DNA from: an uncultured Gemmatimonadaceae bacterium
GTDB lineage: Bacteria; Gemmatimonadota; Gemmatimonadetes; Gemmatimonadales; GWC2-71-9
NCBI GenBank assembly: GCA_964449145.1
Contig: CAYUYF010000016.1
Location: forward strand, 3,104 to 67,103
Direction of reading: 5' to 3'
Length of the DNA stretch: 64,000 nucleotides
The position numbers and the translations under genes were made by a program. Positions 25,258 through 39,632 of this stretch are shown one piece after another; the stretch's first letter is position 1; each line of letters starts with the position of its first letter. The notes under the pieces were generated by a model. That model searched no databases. It had not been told where the DNA came from and worked only from the letters and a program-made list of their open reading frames with translations.

Positions 25258-28200
25258 CTACTTGACCAAGTCGAGGATCCCCCGAATCGGGATGCCCGCC
25301 CATGCCGGGCGATTGCCCAGCTCGTAGCGCAGTTCGTACAGCGCCTTGTCCAGGGCGTAGGTGTCGAGGAGCTGGGCCAGATCGGCCGGTGCCGCCGGCA
25401 GCAGTCTGGACTCCTTCACGGTGCGGCGGTACGCGTTGAGGAACACCGCCGAGACCGACTGTTCCCACAGCCGGGCCCACGGTTCCAGCCGCTCGGGGTC
25501 GGCGGCCCGGCGGGCGGCATGCGACTGCAGGGCCACCCGCGCGGCGTAGCTGAACGATCGCAGCATCCCCGCCAGATCCTTCAGGGGCGACTGCTTGGCC
25601 CGGCGTTCCGCGAGCGTACGGGCTGGCTCCCCCTCGAAATCCAGAATCACGAAATCCTGCCCGACCCGGAGCACCTGCCCCAGGTGGTAGTCGCCGTGAA
25701 TGCGGATCTTGAGCGAGCCGGGAGTCAGATCGGTGAGGCGCCGGATCCGGGTGAGGATCGCGGTGCGCTGGCTCAGGACCTGGCTGGCGAGTTCCACCAG
25801 CTCGTTGGGGAGCTTGGGCAGCGCCTCCTTGAGCATGTCGAAGGCCAGGGTGGCGTTGTTCTTGACCGCCTGCGCCAAAGCAGTGACGTCGGCTCCCCCC
25901 AGCGGCACCGGCTGGAACGCGGGATCGTCGGTCGGGGTGGCGAGCGCCAGGTGAAGCGCGGCCGTCTGGTGGCCCAGGGCCGCCGCGGCTTCGTCGGAGA
26001 CACCGAGCAACTCGGCGAGGTCCGGGGTCAGCCACTGCTCCCCCATATCCAGCCAGCCCGACGGACCGACCGCGTGGGTGGCATCGGCGGTGCGGGTCAC
26101 GGCGCGCTCGTAGTAGCGGCCCAGCTCCTCGATCATCCAGGTCCAGCCGTCACCCTGATTGGGGACCAGCCGCTGGATGAGGCCGAGGGTCGTGTCGGGG
26201 GTGTCAGGCGCGTGGTAGTCGAGGCTGCCGGCGAAGACCGGCACGCCGGTGAAGCGGACCCGTTCGGTAAGGTAACGAGTGATCTCGCAGTCGGGACTCG
26301 GGCCCACGTCCAGCCGGCGGAACACCTTGAGGATGAACTGGTCGCCAAAAATGATGGAACTGTTGCTCTGCTCGCCGCCGATCAGCGAGACCGGCCAGCC
26401 CGACGCCGGCGCGTCGGTCTCGGTCAGGGCCTTGCCGGGGGCGCCGGTCATCGACCCCACCTGGCCTGCGAGGCGGCCGCGATCCCGGGCCAGCGAGAGG
26501 AGCGCGCGGCAGACCTCTTCCGACAGCAGCGCATCGTGCAGCACGCCGCTCTCCCCGCCCTGGGTCAGGTTGCCGAGGATGGAGCCGGGGTGCGATTCCC
26601 GCACCTGTTCCGCGGCGGTGCCGAGGCTGACGGCCAGGGGCATCACATAACGCTCTCCGCCACCGTCGCTGAAGCGCACCGCCACCACCAATAGTCCCGC
26701 CTGGGCGGTAATGCGGCAGCCATCCTCGATCCGAAGGTGCTCGATGCGCCGCGCCTTACCGCTATACCAGCGCTGCCTGGGCAGGAAGGCCGGCAGGAAC
26801 CGCGACTCCAGCGCCGAGCGGAAGCCGTCCTCGAGCAGTCCTGCCCACGGCTCGCCGGTTCCCAGCACCAGCGCCGGCTCGGCCGCCGCCGGGCTGGGCT
26901 GTTCCTCGGGCCGGGTCTGCAGCTCCAGCCAGAGGAAGCCGTAGGGGCCGAGGGTGAGCGGGTAGGGCGTCTTGCCGATGCGGGGAAAGTCGACGTAGCC
27001 GCGCATTTCCACCGGAGTGGTACCGGCCAGGGCGGACAGGTCCAGTTCGAACGGCTGGGCGAAGCGCGACAGGTTGGCCACACACAACACCTGCTCCCCG
27101 TCGCTCTTGCGGAGGTAGGCCAGCACCTTCCGGTTGCTGGGCTCGAGGAACTCGATCGTTCCCCGGCCGAAGACCTGGAACAGCTTGCGGAGCGCGATCA
27201 TGTGCCGGATCCAGTTCAGCAGGCTGGAGGGCTCGCTCTGTTGGGCTTCGACATTCACGGCCTCATAGCCGTACACCGGGTCCATGACCAGCGGGCTGTA
27301 CAGCCGGCCGGGGGTGGCGCGGGAGAAGCCGGCATTCCGGTCGCCGCTCCACTGCATGGGGGTGCGGACCCCGTGCCGGTCTCCCAGGTAGATGTTGTCG
27401 CCCATCCCGATTTCATCCCCGTAATAGAGAATCGGCGTGCCGGGGAAGGAGAGCAGGATGCCGTGGAGCAGCTCGATGCGGTTGCGGTCGTTCTCCAGCA
27501 GCGGGGCCAGACGGCGCCGGATGCCCACGTTGACGCGCATGCGCGGGTCGGCGCTGTACGCGAAGTACATGTAGTCCCGCTCCTCGTCGGAGACCATCTC
27601 GAGCGTGAGCTCGTCGTGGTTGCGGAGGAACAGGCCCCACTGGCAGGTCGGCGGGATCGGGGGCGTGGCCTTCATGATCTCGGTGACGGGATGCCGGTCT
27701 TCCAGCCGGAGCGCCATGAACAGGCGGGGCATCAGCGGGAAGTGGAACGCCATGTGGCACTCATCGTCCTCCCCGAAGTAGGCCCGGACGTCCTCCGGCC
27801 ACTGGTTGGCCTCGGCGAGCAGCATGCGGCCGTCGTAGCCCTGGTCCAGGGCGGCGCGGAGCCGCTTGAGCAGGACATGGGTCTCCGGCAGGTTTTCGTT
27901 GTTGGTGCCCTCTCGCTCGATCAGGTACGGGATCGCGTCCAGCCGGAGCGCATCCACGCCGAGGTCGAGCCAGAATTGCATCACCTTGATGACCTCCTGC
28001 TCCACCACCGGGTTGTCGAAATTGAGGTCCGGCTGGTGGGAGAAGAACCGATGCCAGTAGTAACTCTTGGCCACCGGGTCCCAGCTCCAGTTGGAGGTGT
28101 GGGTGTCCGTGAAGATGACGCGGGTGCCGGCGTACTTGCTGTCGCTGTCGCTCCAGACGTAGAAATCGCGTTCCTGCGAGCCCGGCGCCGCCGTGCGGGC

Positions 28201-28563
28201 CGCCTGGAACCATGGGTGCTGGTCGGAGGTGTGGTTGATCACCAGCTCAATCAGGACCTGCATGCCCCGCTCGTGGGCGGCGGCGAGGAACTCCTGGAAG
28301 TCCTCCAGGGTGCCATAGCTGGGGTGCACGCTGGTATAGTCGGCGATGTCATACCCGTCGTCCCTGAGGGGCGAGGGGAAGAACGGCAGGATCCAGAGGC
28401 AGGTGACGCCCAGCTCCTCCAGGTAGTCGAGCTTCTCGATCAGGCCACGGAAGTCGCCGACGCCGTCCCCGTTGGCATCGTGGAAGCAGCGCACATGGAC
28501 TTCGTAAATGATCGCATCCCGGTACCAGAGCGGATCTGACGAGCTGCCCGGCCGTTTAATCAC
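25258..28563 (-). CDS. treS: Trehalose synthase (maltose alpha-D-glucosyltransferase) fused to maltokinase Pep2/Mak
   Basis: [36 protein letters not shown]; C-terminal [26 protein letters not shown]. Confidence 0.95.
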   Translation of the reverse strand: MIKRPGSSSDPLWYRDAIIYEVHVRCFHDANGDGVGDFRGLIEKLDYLEELGVTCLWILPFFPSPLRDDGYDIADYTSVHPSYGTLEDFQEFLAAAHERGMQVLIELVINHTSDQHPWFQAARTAAPGSQERDFYVWSDSDSKYAGTRVIFTDTHTSNWSWDPVAKSYYWHRFFSHQPDLNFDNPVVEQEVIKVMQFWLDLGVDALRLDAIPYLIEREGTNNENLPETHVLLKRLRAALDQGYDGRMLLAEANQWPEDVRAYFGEDDECHMAFHFPLMPRLFMALRLEDRHPVTEIMKATPPIPPTCQWGLFLRNHDELTLEMVSDEERDYMYFAYSADPRMRVNVGIRRRLAPLLENDRNRIELLHGILLSFPGTPILYYGDEIGMGDNIYLGDRHGVRTPMQWSGDRNAGFSRATPGRLYSPLVMDPVYGYEAVNVEAQQSEPSSLLNWIRHMIALRKLFQVFGRGTIEFLEPSNRKVLAYLRKSDGEQVLCVANLSRFAQPFELDLSALAGTTPVEMRGYVDFPRIGKTPYPLTLGPYGFLWLELQTRPEEQPSPAAAEPALVLGTGEPWAGLLEDGFRSALESRFLPAFLPRQRWYSGKARRIEHLRIEDGCRITAQAGLLVVAVRFSDGGGERYVMPLAVSLGTAAEQVRESHPGSILGNLTQGGESGVLHDALLSEEVCRALLSLARDRGRLAGQVGSMTGAPGKALTETDAPASGWPVSLIGGEQSNSSIIFGDQFILKVFRRLDVGPSPDCEITRYLTERVRFTGVPVFAGSLDYHAPDTPDTTLGLIQRLVPNQGDGWTWMIEELGRYYERAVTRTADATHAVGPSGWLDMGEQWLTPDLAELLGVSDEAAAALGHQTAALHLALATPTDDPAFQPVPLGGADVTALAQAVKNNATLAFDMLKEALPKLPNELVELASQVLSQRTAILTRIRRLTDLTPGSLKIRIHGDYHLGQVLRVGQDFVILDFEGEPARTLAERRAKQSPLKDLAGMLRSFSYAARVALQSHAARRAADPERLEPWARLWEQSVSAVFLNAYRRTVKESRLLPAAPADLAQLLDTYALDKALYELRYELGNRPAWAGIPIRGILDLVK

Positions 28564-31475
28564 GACACCTCCACTGGAAGAGAAACGCCTGTCCGCGGCA
28601 CCGCCTGGCTGGTCGCCAGGAGCCCCCAGGGCAGGTCCGCGAGCACCTCCGGGATGGAAAGCCGGTGGGCTTCGGTCCGCACGGTGGCGCCGGTAAGTAG
28701 GTTGTGCCAGGCCGCCCCGGCGAGTTCCGGCGGCAGCTGAATGGTGGTCCCGGCCCAGGCCGGTCCCAGCGGGACTTGTTCGTTGTGATCCCAGCCCACC
28801 ATCTGGGCAGGGAGCCGCGGCACCAGGACCAGCACCGCCGAACTCCCGCGACTGCGCGCCAGGGCCACCAGGTGGCTGCCGGCAGGGCCGGTGGCCGACA
28901 GGGGACGATAGTCTCCCTCGAGGAACAGCTCCCGCTCCCGCCGCCGGAGCCGCAGGGCGGCCGCGGTCAGGAACAGCTTGATGTTGCCGCTGCGCCAGTC
29001 ACCGAGCACACCTGCCAGGCCGGCGGCCGGCTCCCCCCGCTCCACGCGATCCAGCATCGGTGCCAGTCGCTCCAGTTCCGCGCGGCGGGCCGCGAAATCC
29101 ACCGGCCGCCGGTTGTCCGGATCCACCAGGCTGAGGTCCCAGAGTTCGGTCCCCTGGTAGACGTCCGGTACCCCCGGCGCGGTCAGCTTCAAGAGCAGCT
29201 GTGAGCCCGAGTTGAGCATGCCGAGCCACGCCAGACGGTGAGCCACCGGCACGAACGACCGGAGAAACGCGGTGGAGCTGCGGCCGACCAGGACGGCCGC
29301 GACGAAATCCTCCACGGCCCGTTCGTACCGCACGACCGGATTGAGCCAGCTGGTATGCAGCTTGGCCTCCCGCATGGCCTTTCTCATGTATCCCTGCATC
29401 CGGTCCACCAGCGCCGGCCCCGACCGACCATTGCCGTCGGGCGGCCAGATCCCCGCCAGCGCCTGGTAGAACCGGTACTCGTCCACCGGCGCGGGGGCGG
29501 GTACTCCTGCGACGTCGGCGCGGGCGTCCCGGGTGACCCGGTGCCACCGGGTCACCAGCGCCTGCCACTGCCGGGGGATCTCCGAAATCACCGCCAGCCG
29601 GGACCGGGTATCCTCGCCCCACTTGGTGTCGTGCGTGGCGGTGGCGAGCATCGCCAGCGGCGCGTGCTGCTGGCGCTCCAGGTTGGCCGAGTGGAACTCC
29701 GCGACCGGATCCGCGCAGACGGTGGGCTCGCCCCCCACCTCGTTGAGTCCGGGGAGCGGGGCCCAGCGGTAGAAGGCGGTGTCCTCCACGCCCTTGGCCT
29801 GCACCGGGGCGGTGTACTGCTGGAACTTCATTGCGAAGCGGACCCGGCGGTCATGTTCCGCCGGGTCGGCAGCGGCGGGGAGGGACGGCAGCAGCATCCC
29901 GCGGATGAACCCGAAGATCGTGGGCTCCAGGGCCGGGTTGCGGCGCAGTGCCTCGGCGATCACCTGATCCACCATGGCCGCGTCCGCGGGCGTCGACCCG
30001 TCGGGCCGGACGTAGGTGCGATAGACCGGAAAGCATGCCACCACCTCCCCCAGCGCCTCCTGCAGGCTGTCGAGGGTGAAGTCCCGGTAGCGGCGGTCAC
30101 TCTCGGAGATCCGGTTGAGCGCCGCGGCGAGCACGTTGAGCTCCGCCGCCATGGAGGTGGCGATGATGGCCTTCTTGCTGGTGTACACCACCTCCGCGAA
30201 TGGCCGGTCCTCGCCGATGAACCGGGCGCAGTAGCGGCTGAGCGCGGCCACTCCGGCGGGATCGACAAACACCGCGTTGACCCGATTCAGGAACTCGTAT
30301 CCCGTGGTGCCATGCACCGGCCATTCCGGGGGGAGCCGCTCGCCGGGTGAGAGGATCTTCTCGACCAGGGTCCAGGCGGGACCGCCCTCGGCCAGCCGCT
30401 CGGCCAGTTGCCGCAGGTAGTGACCCGGCTCGAACAACCCATCCACGTGGTCCAGCCGCACGCCGGTCACCGCACCCTCGGCCACCAGCTGCGCCAGCAG
30501 GCTGTGGGTGGCCTCGAAGACCGCGGGCTCTTCCTGCCGGATTCCCGCCAGCTCGTTCACGTCGAAGAAGCGCCGGTAGTTGATCTCGTGCATCGCGGTG
30601 CGCCAGGACGCCAGTCGGTAGGGCTGGGCCTCAAGCAGCCGGTGCAGCAGGTCCATGGAGGCCGGCTGGCCGGCGGTGCCGTTGAAGGCCGCGACGTTTC
30701 GCTCCACATGGACCCGCACCAGCGGAGACCGGGCGAGGAGAGCCTCCAGCCGACCCAGCGCCACTTCCTTCTCCCGCCGCCGGGCATCCACCAGCGCCAG
30801 CTCGGTGGTGGTGTAGACCGGCAGGTGCTCCAGGTGAAAGAGGATGCTCTGGAACTCGGTGAGGTCGGGATCAGCAGGGGTCAGCGCCCGCACGAGTTCC
30901 GCCAGATTGTGCTCCAGCACCATCCGCAACTGGCGCGGATTGAGCGGGAGCTCATGATCGAAGTAGTGCAACACCATTCCTGTCGGTGCCAGCACCAGCC
31001 TGAGCTGGCCGGCTTCCAGGGTGACGCCGTACTGGTCTCCGAGGATGGGCAGCAGCAGGCGGCCCTTGAGCTCCGGCTTGACGGGGTCCCAGTCGATGTC
31101 GAAATAGGCCGCATACGGGGAGGACGGGCCGTTCTCCAGCACGCTCCGCCACCAGGAATTGGCGGTCGGATCCGCCGCCATGTGGTTGGGGACGAAATCC
31201 ACCACGATCCCCATGCCGTGTGCCTTGGCCGTCTGTGCCAGCTCCAGAAATCCCGCGGCGCCGCCCAGGTCCTCATTCAGGCGGCTGTGATCGCAGACGT
31301 CGTAGCCGTGTGGGCTCTGCGGCCGGGCCGCGAGCACCGGCGAACAGTAGCACTCGGTGACGCCAAGCTCCGCCAGGTAGGGCAGCAGCCGGGTCGCCTC
31401 ACGAAATCCACATGCAGCGCCGAGCTGGAGCCGGTAGCTGGTCAGCGGCAGGCGAGCCGGGGCGGGGGTCGGCAC
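28560..31475 (-). CDS. treY: Malto-oligosyltrehalose synthase
   Basis: SYRLQ, STHGYD-like [47 protein letters not shown]; start placed at GTG 31475. Confidence 0.94.
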   Translation of the reverse strand: MPTPAPARLPLTSYRLQLGAACGFREATRLLPYLAELGVTECYCSPVLAARPQSPHGYDVCDHSRLNEDLGGAAGFLELAQTAKAHGMGIVVDFVPNHMAADPTANSWWRSVLENGPSSPYAAYFDIDWDPVKPELKGRLLLPILGDQYGVTLEAGQLRLVLAPTGMVLHYFDHELPLNPRQLRMVLEHNLAELVRALTPADPDLTEFQSILFHLEHLPVYTTTELALVDARRREKEVALGRLEALLARSPLVRVHVERNVAAFNGTAGQPASMDLLHRLLEAQPYRLASWRTAMHEINYRRFFDVNELAGIRQEEPAVFEATHSLLAQLVAEGAVTGVRLDHVDGLFEPGHYLRQLAERLAEGGPAWTLVEKILSPGERLPPEWPVHGTTGYEFLNRVNAVFVDPAGVAALSRYCARFIGEDRPFAEVVYTSKKAIIATSMAAELNVLAAALNRISESDRRYRDFTLDSLQEALGEVVACFPVYRTYVRPDGSTPADAAMVDQVIAEALRRNPALEPTIFGFIRGMLLPSLPAAADPAEHDRRVRFAMKFQQYTAPVQAKGVEDTAFYRWAPLPGLNEVGGEPTVCADPVAEFHSANLERQQHAPLAMLATATHDTKWGEDTRSRLAVISEIPRQWQALVTRWHRVTRDARADVAGVPAPAPVDEYRFYQALAGIWPPDGNGRSGPALVDRMQGYMRKAMREAKLHTSWLNPVVRYERAVEDFVAAVLVGRSSTAFLRSFVPVAHRLAWLGMLNSGSQLLLKLTAPGVPDVYQGTELWDLSLVDPDNRRPVDFAARRAELERLAPMLDRVERGEPAAGLAGVLGDWRSGNIKLFLTAAALRLRRRERELFLEGDYRPLSATGPAGSHLVALARSRGSSAVLVLVPRLPAQMVGWDHNEQVPLGPAWAGTTIQLPPELAGAAWHNLLTGATVRTEAHRLSIPEVLADLPWGLLATSQAVPRTGVSLPVEVS

Positions 31476-31477
31476 CG

Positions 31478-33355
31478 TCAGACGCCTCCGGTGCGGGTAC
31501 CCAGCAGGACCGCACCTGGCTCGGTGAACTCCACGGCGCAGCGGTCCGTGGCCACGGTGATCGGCGCCGCACCAGCCGCAGCCGCATCCGCTCCCGTGGA
31601 GAGAAGCAGATGCCACCGCTGACCGGGGCCGAGCCTGCTCATCGGGTGTCCCTCCAGCTCCACCTGCCCGGCCCCCGACAGGCAGACGATGGCCAGGATC
31701 GTGCTGGCGCCGCCGGTCTCCCGGCGCACAAGGAGGATGTCGTCCCCGAGGTCGGCGATCTCACAGTCGCCCTCCACCAGCGCCGCCTCGGTGCGCCGCA
31801 GCCGGAGCAGGTGACGGTAGAGCAGGAGGGTGCTGCGGTGCGGTTCCCGCTCCCGTTCCAGCCAGTCGAGGCGGCTCGCCACAAAGGTGGCCTCGGCCTG
31901 GGGATCGGGGATGCGCTCCCGGGCGGCGGGATCGCGGAAGGCGGCGAAGCGGGCGAATTCGGATCGCCGCCCGTTGCGCACCGCCTCACCCAGTTCCGGG
32001 TTGTGATCCGTGAAGTACAGGAATGGGCTGCTGGCGGCCCACTCCTGACCCATGAAGAGGAGCGGCGTCTGTGGCAGCACCAGGAGCAGGGCCGAGGCCG
32101 CCCGATAGGCGGCCGGAGCGATGAAATGGTGCAGCCGGTCCCCCAGCGCCCGGTTGCCGACCTGGTCATGGTTCTGGAGGAAGAACACGAATCTCGTTGC
32201 CGCCAGCCCGGCGGGATCGGTCCCCCTCGGCGCGCCAAAATACTCGGCGTACTGACCCATGTAGAACCAGCCGCGGAGCGCGGTCGCCGCGATGTCGGCG
32301 GCGGAGCCGGAGAAATCGCCGAAGTAGCCATCGGCGTCGCCGGCCAATTTGCGGCGCATCTGGTGGTGGAAGTCGTCCGACCAGGCCGCGTCGAGGCCGG
32401 CGCCGCCCTCCGCTTCCGGCTTGACCAGGTAGGCCAGGTTACGCACCTCCTCCGCGATCACCAGCGCCACCCGCCCCTCGGCACGGGCGGCCTGATGCAC
32501 CGCCTCGGCCAGCGCGGTGAGGATGTGCCTCGGACTCTCGTCGTGGATCGCGTGGGTGGCGTCGAGCCGGAGGCCGTCAAGGTGATACTCGGTGATCCAG
32601 GCGACCGCATTCGCGATGACATACTCGCGTACCGGCGCACTGCCCGGTCCATCAAAGTTGATGGCCGCTCCCCAGGGGGTGCGATGGGCGGCGGAATGGT
32701 ACTGACCGGAGAAGGTACCCTGATAGGCGCCATCGGGGCCGAGGTGGTTGTAGACCACGTCGAGATGTACCGCCAGTCCCAGGCGGTGCGCCTCGTTGAC
32801 CAGGGCGCGGAGGTCGTCGGGCGGCCCATAGCACCGGGCGGGCGCAAACGGCGCGACCCCGTCGTAGCCCCAGTTCCGGTCGCCTGGAAAATCCGCAACA
32901 GGCATCAGCTCGATGGCGGTGACGCCGAGGTCCACGAGGTCGGGCAGGCGCGCGGCGGCCGCCCGAAAGGTGCCTTCGGGAGTGAAGGTGCCCACGTGCA
33001 GCTCGTACAGGACCAGCCGCTCGAGGGGAACCCCCGTCCAGTCGGCGTCGGCCCACGGGTACGCCGCCGGATCCACGACTTCGGATGGGCCGTGCACCCC
33101 GGTGGGCTGGAAACGCGAGGCAGGATCCGGGAAGGGGCCGGCACCGTTGACCAGGAACCGGTACCTCGTGCCGGGACCGGCGGCGGGGTGGGTCAGCTCG
33201 AACCAGCCTTCCCGAGTTGGCGCCATCGGGGCCGGGGGGCCGGCGCCCGCTTCGATGACAAGTTCCACCCGCGTGGCCTCGGGCGCCCAGACCCGGAATC
33301 GGGTCCCTTCGGCGCCCAGCCACCTCGGCCCGGCGTCCGGGCCCCGGCGTGTCAC
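31478..33355 (-). CDS. treZ: Malto-oligosyltrehalose trehalohydrolase
   Basis: [52 protein letters not shown]; GTGA overlap with the glgB stop. Confidence 0.94.
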   Translation of the reverse strand: MTRRGPDAGPRWLGAEGTRFRVWAPEATRVELVIEAGAGPPAPMAPTREGWFELTHPAAGPGTRYRFLVNGAGPFPDPASRFQPTGVHGPSEVVDPAAYPWADADWTGVPLERLVLYELHVGTFTPEGTFRAAAARLPDLVDLGVTAIELMPVADFPGDRNWGYDGVAPFAPARCYGPPDDLRALVNEAHRLGLAVHLDVVYNHLGPDGAYQGTFSGQYHSAAHRTPWGAAINFDGPGSAPVREYVIANAVAWITEYHLDGLRLDATHAIHDESPRHILTALAEAVHQAARAEGRVALVIAEEVRNLAYLVKPEAEGGAGLDAAWSDDFHHQMRRKLAGDADGYFGDFSGSAADIAATALRGWFYMGQYAEYFGAPRGTDPAGLAATRFVFFLQNHDQVGNRALGDRLHHFIAPAAYRAASALLLVLPQTPLLFMGQEWAASSPFLYFTDHNPELGEAVRNGRRSEFARFAAFRDPAARERIPDPQAEATFVASRLDWLEREREPHRSTLLLYRHLLRLRRTEAALVEGDCEIADLGDDILLVRRETGGASTILAIVCLSGAGQVELEGHPMSRLGPGQRWHLLLSTGADAAAAGAAPITVATDRCAVEFTEPGAVLLGTRTGGV

Positions 33356-35264
33356 GCGGAGTCCTCCGGGCGCGGCCCGCGAAAGGCCACCACCGACAGC
33401 GGCGGCAGGGTGAGCGCGAGCGACCATGGGCGGCCGTGGGCGGCGGCGGGGGCCGCTTCCACCCCGCCGAAGTTGCCTACGCCGCTGCCGCCGTAGAGCG
33501 CGGCGTCGCTGTTGAGGATCTCGGTCCAGTAGCCGCCATCGGGGATGCCCACGCGATAGTCCCCGCGTACCACGGGCGTGAAGTTGCAGACGAACAGCAC
33601 CACCTGGCCGGGCTCCCGTCCGCGCCGAAGGAAACTCACCACGCTCCGCTGGTTATCGTTGCAGTCCACCCACTCGAACCCGCTGGGCTCGAAATCCACG
33701 GCGTGGAGGGCCGGCTCCGCGCGGTAGCAGGTGTTGAGGTCACGGACCCAGCGCTGCAGGCCGCGGTGGTCCGCCTCCTCCAGCAGGTGCCAGTCGAGGC
33801 TCGCCTCGTGGTTCCACTCCCGCCACTGGCCGAACTCGCCGCCCATGAACAGCAGCTTCTTCCCCGGGTGCCCGTACATGTAGCCGTACAGGGCGCGGAG
33901 ATTGGCGAAGCGCTGCCACCGGTCCCCCGGCATCCGGCCGATCATCGAGCCCTTGCCGTGGACCACTTCGTCATGGGAGAACGGCAGCACGAAATTCTCG
34001 CTGAAGGCGTACATCATCGAGAACGTGATGGCGTTATGGTGGTGGCTCCGGTGCACCGGCTCCCGCCCCATGTAGTCCAGCATGTCGTGCATCCAGCCCA
34101 TGTTCCACTTGAACCCGAAGCCCAGCCCGCCAAGGTAGGTGGGACGCGAGACCATCGGCCAGCTGGTGGACTCCTCGGCGATGACCGTGGTGCCGGGGTA
34201 ATCCAGATGCAGCTGCTCATTGAGGGTACGGAGGAAGTCCACCGCCTCGAGGTTCTCGCGGCCGCCGTACTTGTTCGGCACCCACTCCCCGGATTGCCGG
34301 GCGTAGTCGAGGTAGAGCATCGAGGCCACGGCATCCACGCGCAGCGCATCAATGTGGTAGCGGTCCAGCCAGAACATCGCGTTGCTGAGCAGGAACGCCC
34401 GGACCTCGTCACGGCCGTAGTTGAAGACAAACGTGTCCCAGTCGGGATGGTGCCCCTGGCGCGGGTCGGCGTGCTCGTAGAGGTGGGTGCCGTCGAAATA
34501 GGCCAGGCCGATCTCATCGCGGGGGAAGTGGGCCGGCACCCAGTCCAGAATGACCCCGATGCCCCGGCGGTGCAGGGTATCCACCAGGTACATCAGGTCC
34601 TCCGGCGTCCCGTAGCGGGAGGTGGGCGCAAAGTACCCGGTGACCTGGTAGCCCCACGAGCCGTAGAAGGGATGTTCGGCCAGGGGCAGGAGCTCCACGT
34701 GGGTAAAACCCTGGGCCTCGACGTAATCGGTCAGCGCGCCGGCCATTTCCCGGTAGCTCAGCCAGCGATGTTTCCCGTCCTCGTAGGTGCGGCGCCAGGA
34801 ACCGAGGTGCACTTCGTAGATGGACATCGGCGCGTCGTGGATCTTGGCGGCAGACCGGGCGGCCAGCCAGTCACCGTCCCCCCAGGCATAGGCCGGCGCC
34901 CGCGCCACGCGGGAGGCGGTCTTCGGCGGGAGCTCGGTGGCAAAGGCGAAGGGATCGGCCTTGTCGGCGGTGAAGTGGCCGTCGCGGGAGACTACCCGGT
35001 ACTTGTACCCGGTGCCGGGCGTGACTTTCGGAATGAAGCACTGCCACACCCCGCGGTCGGTGGGAGACATCGGATGCGCGTTGGGGTCCCAGCCGTTGAA
35101 GTCGCCGATGACCGAGACCCGGCCTGCGTTCGGCGCGACCACCGCGAAGCGCACGCCGGCGCCACCGGGGCCGTTGGCCTCGTGCGCGCCCAGAATCCGG
35201 TAGATCCGGCAGGCCGAGCGGTCGCCCAGCTGCGTGAACTCGTCGTGGGTCAGTGTCGCGGTGA

Positions 35265-35268
<4 letters not shown>
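33352..35268 (-). CDS. glgB: 1,4-alpha-glucan branching enzyme
   Basis: [45 protein letters not shown]; ATGA overlap with the glgX stop. Confidence 0.96.
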
Positions 35269-37409
<2,141 letters not shown>

Positions 37410-37552
37410 AACTGGAATGCTCTCACTCTCCGGCGCGATGCCGTGCGCCCAGTGGCTCGTCGTTCGGCTCCCGGCCGACCCGGTCCTGAGTTCGCCGACT
37501 GCCGGCGCAATCCTGCAAGTACTTGTGAATCCTAGTGATATCAATGTAACTT

Positions 37553-37582
37553 GGGCGACCTGTTGATATCAACATATCGCCC
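37553..37582. promoter_or_regulatory. 30-bp palindrome in the glgX / glycosyltransferase divergent intergenic region
   Basis: GGGCGA-cc-TGTTGATATCAACA-ta-TCGCCC; perfect 14-bp core at 37561-37574. Confidence 0.6.
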
Positions 37583-37632
37583 GTTGCCGCGAGCTGCCGC
37601 ACGTTTCCTCCTTGCTCACGCCGGAGTCGCTG

Positions 37633-38886
37633 ATGCCGGACAAATTCACGCTGTCACCGGAAGTCGAGGCCGACCTCGGCTCGATTGGCGGCGTGGAGCT
37701 CGCAGTGGCGGTGAGCGCACTGGAGCGTCCCGAGGAGGCCGGGAAGGCCATCGCCACGGTCCGCGCCGGCCTGGCGGAGCGATTTCCCGGCGTGAAGGCG
37801 GTGGTCCTGCATCTCCATGGCGGCACGCCGCACGCCGACGCGCCCCCGGCGCCGGGCGACATCCCGGTCCTGAATCTCCTGTGCCGGGACAGCGGCCCGG
37901 GCGGGACGCCGTGGCCCCGCGCCATCGCGCTGCGGCTGGCCTTCGAGTCCAGCCACCGGCTGGGCGCCAAGGCCGCGGCCGTCGTCGGTGCGGAGGTGGC
38001 GAGCCTGACCCCCGCGTGGATCGGACAGCTGCTCGAGCCGGTGGTGCGACAGGGTCACGACCTCGTCACGCCCTACTACCTTCGCCATCCGTACAGCGGT
38101 GCGGTCACCAGCGGGCTGATTTACCCGCTCATCCGCGCCCTGTACGGCAAGCAGCTGCGGTACCCGCTGGGCGCGGAATTCGCCTGTTCCGCCCGCCTGA
38201 TCGAACGTGAGCTGCGCGCGACCTCCCGGCGCAGCCAGCCCGGGCCCCAGTCGCGCGAACTGCAGCTGCTGGCAGAGGCGGTGGGAAACGGCTGGGGCAT
38301 CTGTCAGGCGGTGCTGGGTCCCCGCACCCTCGTGGCTGGCGAAGGCACGACCGGCCTTGCCGGCGTCCTGCAGGACGTCCTCTCCCAGGTGTTCGCGGAG
38401 ATGGAACGCTCCGCCGCCACCTGGCAGAAGCTGCGGGGGTCCGCCGCGGTGGATCTGGCGGGGGCGGTGGACGGGGCGACGATCGAGCCGGTGCCGCTCG
38501 AACACAAGCGGCTCGTGGACGGCTTCCGGCTGGGCCAGCAGAACCTCCAGGATGTCTGGGGACTGGTGCTTCCTCCCAGTACGCTGGTTGAACTGAAGAA
38601 GATGGCCCGGCTGGGGGAAGCGGACTTCCGTATGCCCGACCGGCTCTGGGCCCGGATCGCCTTCGATTTCTCGCTGGCCTGCCGGGTCCGGGTGATGAGC
38701 CGCGACCACCTCATGGGGGCGCTGGTGCCCTTGTATCTCGGCTGGCTGGGTTCGTTGCATACCGAGCTGGGCGATGCACCGCCCGCCCGGGTTGAAGCGC
38801 GGCTGGAGCAGCTGTGTCTGCAGTTCGAGGCGGAAAAGCCATACCTGATCTCGCGGTGGCGGTGGCCCGATCGTTTCATTCCCTGA
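37633..38886 (+). CDS. GpgS/glucosylglycerate synthase-like GT-A glycosyltransferase homolog with degenerate catalytic motifs
   Basis: PYYLRHPYSGAVTSGLIYPLIRALYG..RYPLGAEF and C-terminal FEAEKPYLISRW match the family; DxD position reads GAE; alternative TTG start at 37612. Confidence 0.75.
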   Translation: MPDKFTLSPEVEADLGSIGGVELAVAVSALERPEEAGKAIATVRAGLAERFPGVKAVVLHLHGGTPHADAPPAPGDIPVLNLLCRDSGPGGTPWPRAIALRLAFESSHRLGAKAAAVVGAEVASLTPAWIGQLLEPVVRQGHDLVTPYYLRHPYSGAVTSGLIYPLIRALYGKQLRYPLGAEFACSARLIERELRATSRRSQPGPQSRELQLLAEAVGNGWGICQAVLGPRTLVAGEGTTGLAGVLQDVLSQVFAEMERSAATWQKLRGSAAVDLAGAVDGATIEPVPLEHKRLVDGFRLGQQNLQDVWGLVLPPSTLVELKKMARLGEADFRMPDRLWARIAFDFSLACRVRVMSRDHLMGALVPLYLGWLGSLHTELGDAPPARVEARLEQLCLQFEAEKPYLISRWRWPDRFIP

Positions 38887-38915
38887 CCGGACCGCGCGCC
38901 GGAGGAGGAGGAGTC

Positions 38916-39617
38916 ATGTGGACCCAGATTGACGACGCTCTGCGGGAGTCCCTGGGCCGGGTGCTGACCAGCCTGGCCAGCCTGCTGCCCGGGCTGGTGG
39001 CACTGCTCCTGTCGGTGCTGCTGGCGGTGCTGCTGGGCGCGCTTGCCCGGTGGGTCCTGGTCGGGCTGCTCCGCGCCTTCCGGTTCGACCAGCGGCTGGA
39101 ACGCTGGGGGGTGTCGGCGCTGGCGGAGTGGTCGCCGGAGCGCAGTCCCACTCTGCTGGTGGGCCGGCTGGCGCACTGGATGCTGGTGCTGCTCGGCGCG
39201 ATCATCGGCCTGGCCGCGCTGGACCCGACGTTGATGTCCACGATGCTGGGACGCCTGGGGACCTACCTGCCCAACGTCTTTGTTGCGGTGCTGCTGATGA
39301 TCATGGGCTCGATCCTGGCCCGGTTTCTCGCCCGTGGGGTCCTCATCAGTGCGGTGAACATGCAGCTGCATTCGGCCCGGCTCATGAGCCTGGGGGTCAA
39401 GTGGCTGGTGCTGCTGCTGACGGTGGCCATGGCCCTCGATCATCTGAGTATTGGCGGCACCATCTTGCAGCTGGCTTTCGGCACCCTGTTCGGCGGCATC
39501 GTGCTGGCGCTGGCCCTGGCGGTGGGGCTAGGATCCAAGGAAATCGTCAGCAAGTCGTGGGAACGTCAGGCGGATCGCCAGGCGGACCGGACCGAGCCGC
39601 CACTCGAGCACCTGTAA
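38916..39617 (+). CDS. MscS-related 'conserved TM helix' repeat membrane protein (CmpX-like), no cytoplasmic cage domain
   Basis: Two TM-helix-type repeats (SLLPGLVALLL; TYLPNVFVAVLL), C-terminal LALAVGLGSKE; GGAGGAG RBS. Confidence 0.75.
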   Translation: MWTQIDDALRESLGRVLTSLASLLPGLVALLLSVLLAVLLGALARWVLVGLLRAFRFDQRLERWGVSALAEWSPERSPTLLVGRLAHWMLVLLGAIIGLAALDPTLMSTMLGRLGTYLPNVFVAVLLMIMGSILARFLARGVLISAVNMQLHSARLMSLGVKWLVLLLTVAMALDHLSIGGTILQLAFGTLFGGIVLALALAVGLGSKEIVSKSWERQADRQADRTEPPLEHL

Positions 39618-39632
39618 GCGGGAGTCATCGTC

